Origin: an uncultured Nitrososphaeria archaeon
GTDB lineage: Archaea; Thermoproteota; Nitrososphaeria_A; Caldarchaeales; Wolframiiraptoraceae
Assembly (NCBI GenBank): GCA_964531465.1
Contig: CAZHEC010000005.1
Coordinates: 1-17,826 of the forward strand
Direction of reading: 5' to 3'
DNA length: 17,826 nucleotides
Both the position numbers and the translations under genes were made by a program. Shown here piece by piece: positions 16,678-17,826 of the stretch; the stretch's first letter is position 1; every line of letters begins with the position of its first letter. Under the pieces are notes generated by a model that worked only from the letters and a program-made list of their open reading frames with translations, made no database searches and was not told the origin of the DNA.

Positions 16678-17826
16678 TTGAGATACAGGTTCTTCGCAAC
16701 CACCGTAACTGGTCTAGAGGACCTGGCCGCCGGGGAGTTCAAGGAGATAACGGGGCTGGAGGCTCGGCCGGATGTGGGTAAGATATTCTTTGAGGCCGAG
16801 ATGGAGCAGGCTGTATTAATCAACATGGCGTCTAGGATGCTTCACAGGGTCTTCCTGCTCCTGGCCAGAGAGGATGTGGGAGACCTTGAGGACATCTACA
16901 GGATAGCCTACAAGATAGACTACACGGAGGTTATCGGGAGGGAGCAGAGCTTCGCAGTCAGGGCTGAACGCCACTCCAAGCACTACCCCTTCACCAGCAT
17001 GGACATAGCGGCCACCGTTGGGAGAGCCATAATCAACAGGTTCAGGGACGAGACCGGGGTTAGGCTCAAGGTAAACCTCGACGAGCCCGACGTTGAGTTC
17101 TACTGCCTCCTCAGGGACCATGAGCTCCTGATAGGCCTCAACACAACCGGCCAATCCCTCCACCGACGATACTACAGGGTCTTCCACCACCGAGCCGCCC
17201 TAAACCCGGTGATAGCGGCGGGCATGCTCAGGATAGCTGGATGGAGGGAGGATGAAGGCCTGCTGGACCCTATGTGCGGAGGGGGAACCATACCAATAGA
17301 GGCCGCCCTAAAGGCTTGGCGGATACCACCAGGCCTGAAAAGGGGAGATCTAGCACTCAAGAAACTAATTATTGTGGACGAGGAGATTCTGGGCAGGGTG
17401 GCCAGGCGGCTTGAGGCCTCGGTGAAGCGGGGGGAGCTAAGGGTCTGGGGTTCAGATGCCTCGCCCAAGAGCATAGAGGGTGCGAGAAGAAATGCCGAGA
17501 GGGCCGGGGTGCTTGAGGCCGTGGCCCTAGAGGTCAGGGACGCCCTCAGGATGTGGGAGTGGCTCAGCTGGGAGCCGGAGCACGTGATAACCAACCCGCC
17601 CTACGGCCTCAGAATGGGGATAAGCGACATAGAACGCTTCTACCAACGCTTCCTCGAGAGCCTAGGCAGGGCGGCTCCAAACGCCAAGCTGACAGCCATA
17701 GTCTCCAAGCCCACAGTCTTCACCAGAACCCTCCAGAAAACCAGCTACCAAGCCACATCAAGCCGCCAAACCATGCACGGAACCCTAAGAGCCACAATAA
17801 TAACCGCCCAGAAAAAATACTTATAA
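16678..17826 (+). CDS. THUMP-domain SAM-dependent RNA methyltransferase (COG0116; Trm14/RlmL-like N2-guanine methyltransferase)
   Basis: 382 aa. An N-terminal ferredoxin-like plus THUMP region (RFFATTVTGLEDLAAGEFKEI...FAVRAER) is followed by SAM motif I DPMCGGGTIPIEAAL and catalytic motif IV NPPYG. TTG start at 16678 follows AGGAG (16671..16675). The stop TAA is at the last 3 nt of the window. Confidence 0.85.
   Translation: MRYRFFATTVTGLEDLAAGEFKEITGLEARPDVGKIFFEAEMEQAVLINMASRMLHRVFLLLAREDVGDLEDIYRIAYKIDYTEVIGREQSFAVRAERHSKHYPFTSMDIAATVGRAIINRFRDETGVRLKVNLDEPDVEFYCLLRDHELLIGLNTTGQSLHRRYYRVFHHRAALNPVIAAGMLRIAGWREDEGLLDPMCGGGTIPIEAALKAWRIPPGLKRGDLALKKLIIVDEEILGRVARRLEASVKRGELRVWGSDASPKSIEGARRNAERAGVLEAVALEVRDALRMWEWLSWEPEHVITNPPYGLRMGISDIERFYQRFLESLGRAAPNAKLTAIVSKPTVFTRTLQKTSYQATSSRQTMHGTLRATIITAQKKYL

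Noticed and set aside
16816-17594. Two minus-strand ORFs (124 and 140 aa) inside the THUMP methyltransferase gene
   Set aside because: They are shadow ORFs. The plus-strand frame carries THUMP, SAM motif I and NPPYG.

Overview
Gene-dense, almost fully coding chromosomal segment. It reads as a hyperthermophilic archaeon, most likely a crenarchaeote. Supporting signs are AGG/AGA/ATA-rich codon usage, start codons 25-30 nt downstream of TATA-like boxes (leaderless style), the conserved secE-spt5-rpl11 order, and mbf1-hflX adjacency. I call 20 protein-coding genes. On the minus strand: rpl11 (partial, not in the ORF track), spt5/nusG, secE (56 aa, below the track cutoff), a CUT1-type sugar ABC importer (two permeases plus a Tat-signal binding protein, no ATPase), NAC, a stand-alone PUA protein, HflX, an MBF1-like HTH protein and ArgRS. 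On the plus strand: a wHTH/ATP-cone/NrdD-like protein, a PQQ-type sugar dehydrogenase, Hsp20, CDC48/VCP, a DRG-family GTPase, three small NuoJ(N)/NuoJ(C)/NuoK-like membrane proteins, and a THUMP methyltransferase. I found no rRNA, tRNA, CRISPR, transposase/integrase or recognisable defence genes. No intergenic gap is large enough for a structured RNA gene. The window is mostly housekeeping. The most unusual item is the 567-aa fusion of a winged-helix domain, an ATP-cone and a truncated, apparently catalytically dead class III ribonucleotide reductase (NrdD)-like body; this may be a nucleotide-sensing regulator. Secondary items are an orphan split-NuoJ plus NuoK membrane module, a translationally coupled Hsp20-CDC48 pair, a tightly overlapped operon of ribosome-associated factors, and a DRG GTPase with a degenerate G3 motif. 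All homology statements come from reading the translations and recalling family motifs. No search or computation was run.
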